A DNA stretch of 64,000 nucleotides from contig OZ242001.1 in the NCBI GenBank assembly GCA_965204635.1, forward strand, positions 3,946,780 through 4,010,779, in the 5' to 3' direction. The notes below the pieces were generated by a model. It was given only the letters and a program-made list of their open reading frames with translations. It did not search any database and was not told the DNA's origin. Numbering within the stretch: position 1 is the stretch's first letter; every line of letters starts with the position of its first letter. Position numbers and translations under genes: made by a program. This DNA comes from Phototrophicaceae bacterium. Its GTDB lineage: Bacteria > Chloroflexota > Anaerolineae > Aggregatilineales > Phototrophicaceae. Positions 62,558 to 64,000 of this stretch are shown here, one piece after another.

Positions 62558-62896
62558 TTATTCTTTCAGCGCCAGAGACACCAAAACGCGGAGCTCCGCC
62601 GGCGGCCGCACTTCGCCAGCAATGCGCAGGAAGCCGCCGAAATGGCTGACCTTGCAGAACGTCACCTCATCTCTTGCCGCGGGCAGCTCCATTTCCGTGC
62701 CTTCGTCGGCCCAGTGTATGCCGTCGGCGGAGATTTGAACGCGGGCTGTTGCGGCGAGCTTAGGCGAAACATCCAAAGCGCGAACGAAAAAGATCGCCTC
62801 GCTCGCCCAGGCCGCCTCATAGGGTTCCGTCGCGAACTCGCCCTGCCAGAGGACGTTGCGCTCGACAATCGCCGTGTAGCTCCGCCGCAGCGCCAT
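62558..62896 (-). CDS. hypothetical protein
   Basis: ORF 62558..62992. Start ATG 62896 (MALRRSYTAIVERNVLWQGEF) lies 2 nt after the upstream stop (TGATCATG). No family recognised. Confidence 0.5.
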   Translation of the reverse strand: MALRRSYTAIVERNVLWQGEFATEPYEAAWASEAIFFVRALDVSPKLAATARVQISADGIHWADEGTEMELPAARDEVTFCKVSHFGGFLRIAGEVRPPAELRVLVSLALKE

Positions 62897-62898
62897 GA

Positions 62899-63753
62899 TC
62901 AGAATTCTCCCGAGAGCAGCGCGGAATCGAGGTAGAGGAAGGCGCGTTTGTCGCGATTGGTCTCGACCCAAAAAGCGGTATTCAGCATGCAATTCAAATT
63001 GGGCATGGCGGGAATGGAAATGTATTTCAGCGGCTCGCCTTCATAAATGAGGTCGTTGCACTGGAAGCCCAGAAAGCGCCGTTCCGCCAGGTCGACATTG
63101 ACGCGCAGGTAATGCCAATTCATCTTGGTGGCAATCTCGTTGTAAGCGAGAGTTTGGGCGGGCGCGTCGATGAATTCCCAATTCTCGGGCCCTAGGTGGA
63201 AATGCGAGACGGTCTCGCCCGAATCACCGATCTTGCTGAAGGCGCGGGTCGCGCCTTTCATCTGCCAGCGGTTGACCATTTCGCCGCCCATGGCGTTGAG
63301 GTAGCGCAGGTGCGGCATCCAGCGGTACTCGGGATTCATGCCGTCTTGCAGGTCGAAAAGCACGCCGAAGGCGCGCACATCGTTGAGGGACAAGCGCAGT
63401 TCGCTCGCTTCCGGCTTGAATGTGAAGTAGCACTCCAATTGGATATGGCCGCGTCGGCGGAAGGTCAAGCGTTTGATGCTGGTCGCCAGCGCGCCTTCCC
63501 GCGCCCGGCTGGCCAATTTGAGCGAGTATGTGCCTTCCATGGAGCCGGCCGTACCCGTGTCCCACATCGATTGGTTGCTGAGCATGGGCGGCCGCATGTC
63601 GGCATATTCCGGCAGCATCGAATCAAGGCTGTGCTCGTAATTGCCGATCAACTCGGACCAGCCGTGAACCCCTTCGTCGAAGTCGTCATAAAAGATGATC
63701 CGCTCCAGAGGATCGAAGCGGCTGAGGCGGGGGTCGGCTGCGTACATGCTCAT
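62899..63753 (-). CDS. hypothetical protein
   Basis: 284-aa ORF (MSMYAADPRLSRFDPLERIIFYDDFDEGVHGWSEL...). High-GC codon pattern consistent with coding. No family recognised. Confidence 0.55.
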   Translation of the reverse strand: MSMYAADPRLSRFDPLERIIFYDDFDEGVHGWSELIGNYEHSLDSMLPEYADMRPPMLSNQSMWDTGTAGSMEGTYSLKLASRAREGALATSIKRLTFRRRGHIQLECYFTFKPEASELRLSLNDVRAFGVLFDLQDGMNPEYRWMPHLRYLNAMGGEMVNRWQMKGATRAFSKIGDSGETVSHFHLGPENWEFIDAPAQTLAYNEIATKMNWHYLRVNVDLAERRFLGFQCNDLIYEGEPLKYISIPAMPNLNCMLNTAFWVETNRDKRAFLYLDSALLSGEF

Positions 63754-63805
63754 TTTGTTCTGTGTGATCCTCTTGCTTTTCTGGCCTTGCCAGGACCAGC
63801 AATAT

Positions 63806-64000
63806 CTACGTGTCCATCAGCGACGGCAGCACGTACCAGTCTTCTTCGCCAGGAGAATCGTATTTCATCCAGTCCGTGTCCGGCGATATGAGGATGTCCA
63901 CCAGCAGCTCAAGCGCGCCGCTGCCCCGGCTTATTTCCGCAATGTCGACCGTATTGGCGCCGTTGATATCGTCCATGTGCTTGAGGTCAGCGCGGATCCA
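63806..64000 (-). CDS. hypothetical protein, N-terminus outside window
   Basis: Own minus-strand translation is open from 64000 to TAG at 63808-63806 (...DINGANTVDIAEISRGSGALELLVDILISPDTDWMKYDSPGEEDWYVLPSLMDT*). Lies 52 nt upstream of the next gene. Confidence 0.45.
   Translation of the reverse strand, partial: WIRADLKHMDDINGANTVDIAEISRGSGALELLVDILISPDTDWMKYDSPGEEDWYVLPSLMDT

Noticed and set aside
1-64000. tRNA, rRNA, tmRNA or RNase P genes
   Set aside because: No cloverleaf-like or rRNA-like conserved stretches were recognised in any spacer. The spacers are largely accounted for by REP/MITE repeats. tRNAscan-SE or Infernal would be needed to exclude small ncRNAs formally.

Overview
This is a 64-kb bacterial chromosomal window with high G+C (over 60% by eye). 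It is about 90% coding, and I recognised no rRNA, tRNA or CRISPR array.

Gene content from left to right:
- two paralogous secreted beta-propeller genes
- two PhyH-type dioxygenases, an aldo/keto reductase and a membrane fatty-acid desaturase
- a Ugp/Mal-type ABC operon (SBP, permease, PDZ-containing permease, ATPase), followed by a GDPD-fusion protein and a MetE-C-terminal-like protein
- cytochrome c, ctaB and ctaA
- a B12-dependent diol/glycerol dehydratase with fused alpha-beta subunits plus a gamma subunit
- a PF12831-like FAD protein, a CRTAC1/FG-GAP protein and a sulfatase
- two VapC (PIN) toxin modules
- one hydantoinase-A-like gene with five DUF917-family paralogs
- a Cys-rich repeat secreted HExxH protein and a RhuM-like islet
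- a Dpp/Opp-type ABC operon interrupted by a low-GC two-gene cassette
- a sugar-acid cluster: three enolase-superfamily dehydratases, a DHDPS/KdgD-like protein, an arylsulfotransferase-like propeller, PhyH and FAD proteins
- a terminal operon of unknown function

The intergenic DNA is saturated with repeats:
- GTAG-headed REP hairpins and ~200-bp MITE-like composites
- two long-period tandem arrays (169 bp x4.1 and 172 bp x3.2) and a 40-bp x7 REP array
- a 32-nt C6/G6/G6 palindromic element that also lies in frame inside three coding sequences

Best candidates for something new:
- the low-GC nuclease-like two-gene cassette inside the dpp operon (46018-47758)
- the in-frame palindromic element
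- the lone-HyuA plus 5x DUF917 cluster

All functional calls come from motif recognition by eye. No database search or computation was possible, and the taxon cannot be determined from the sequence alone.
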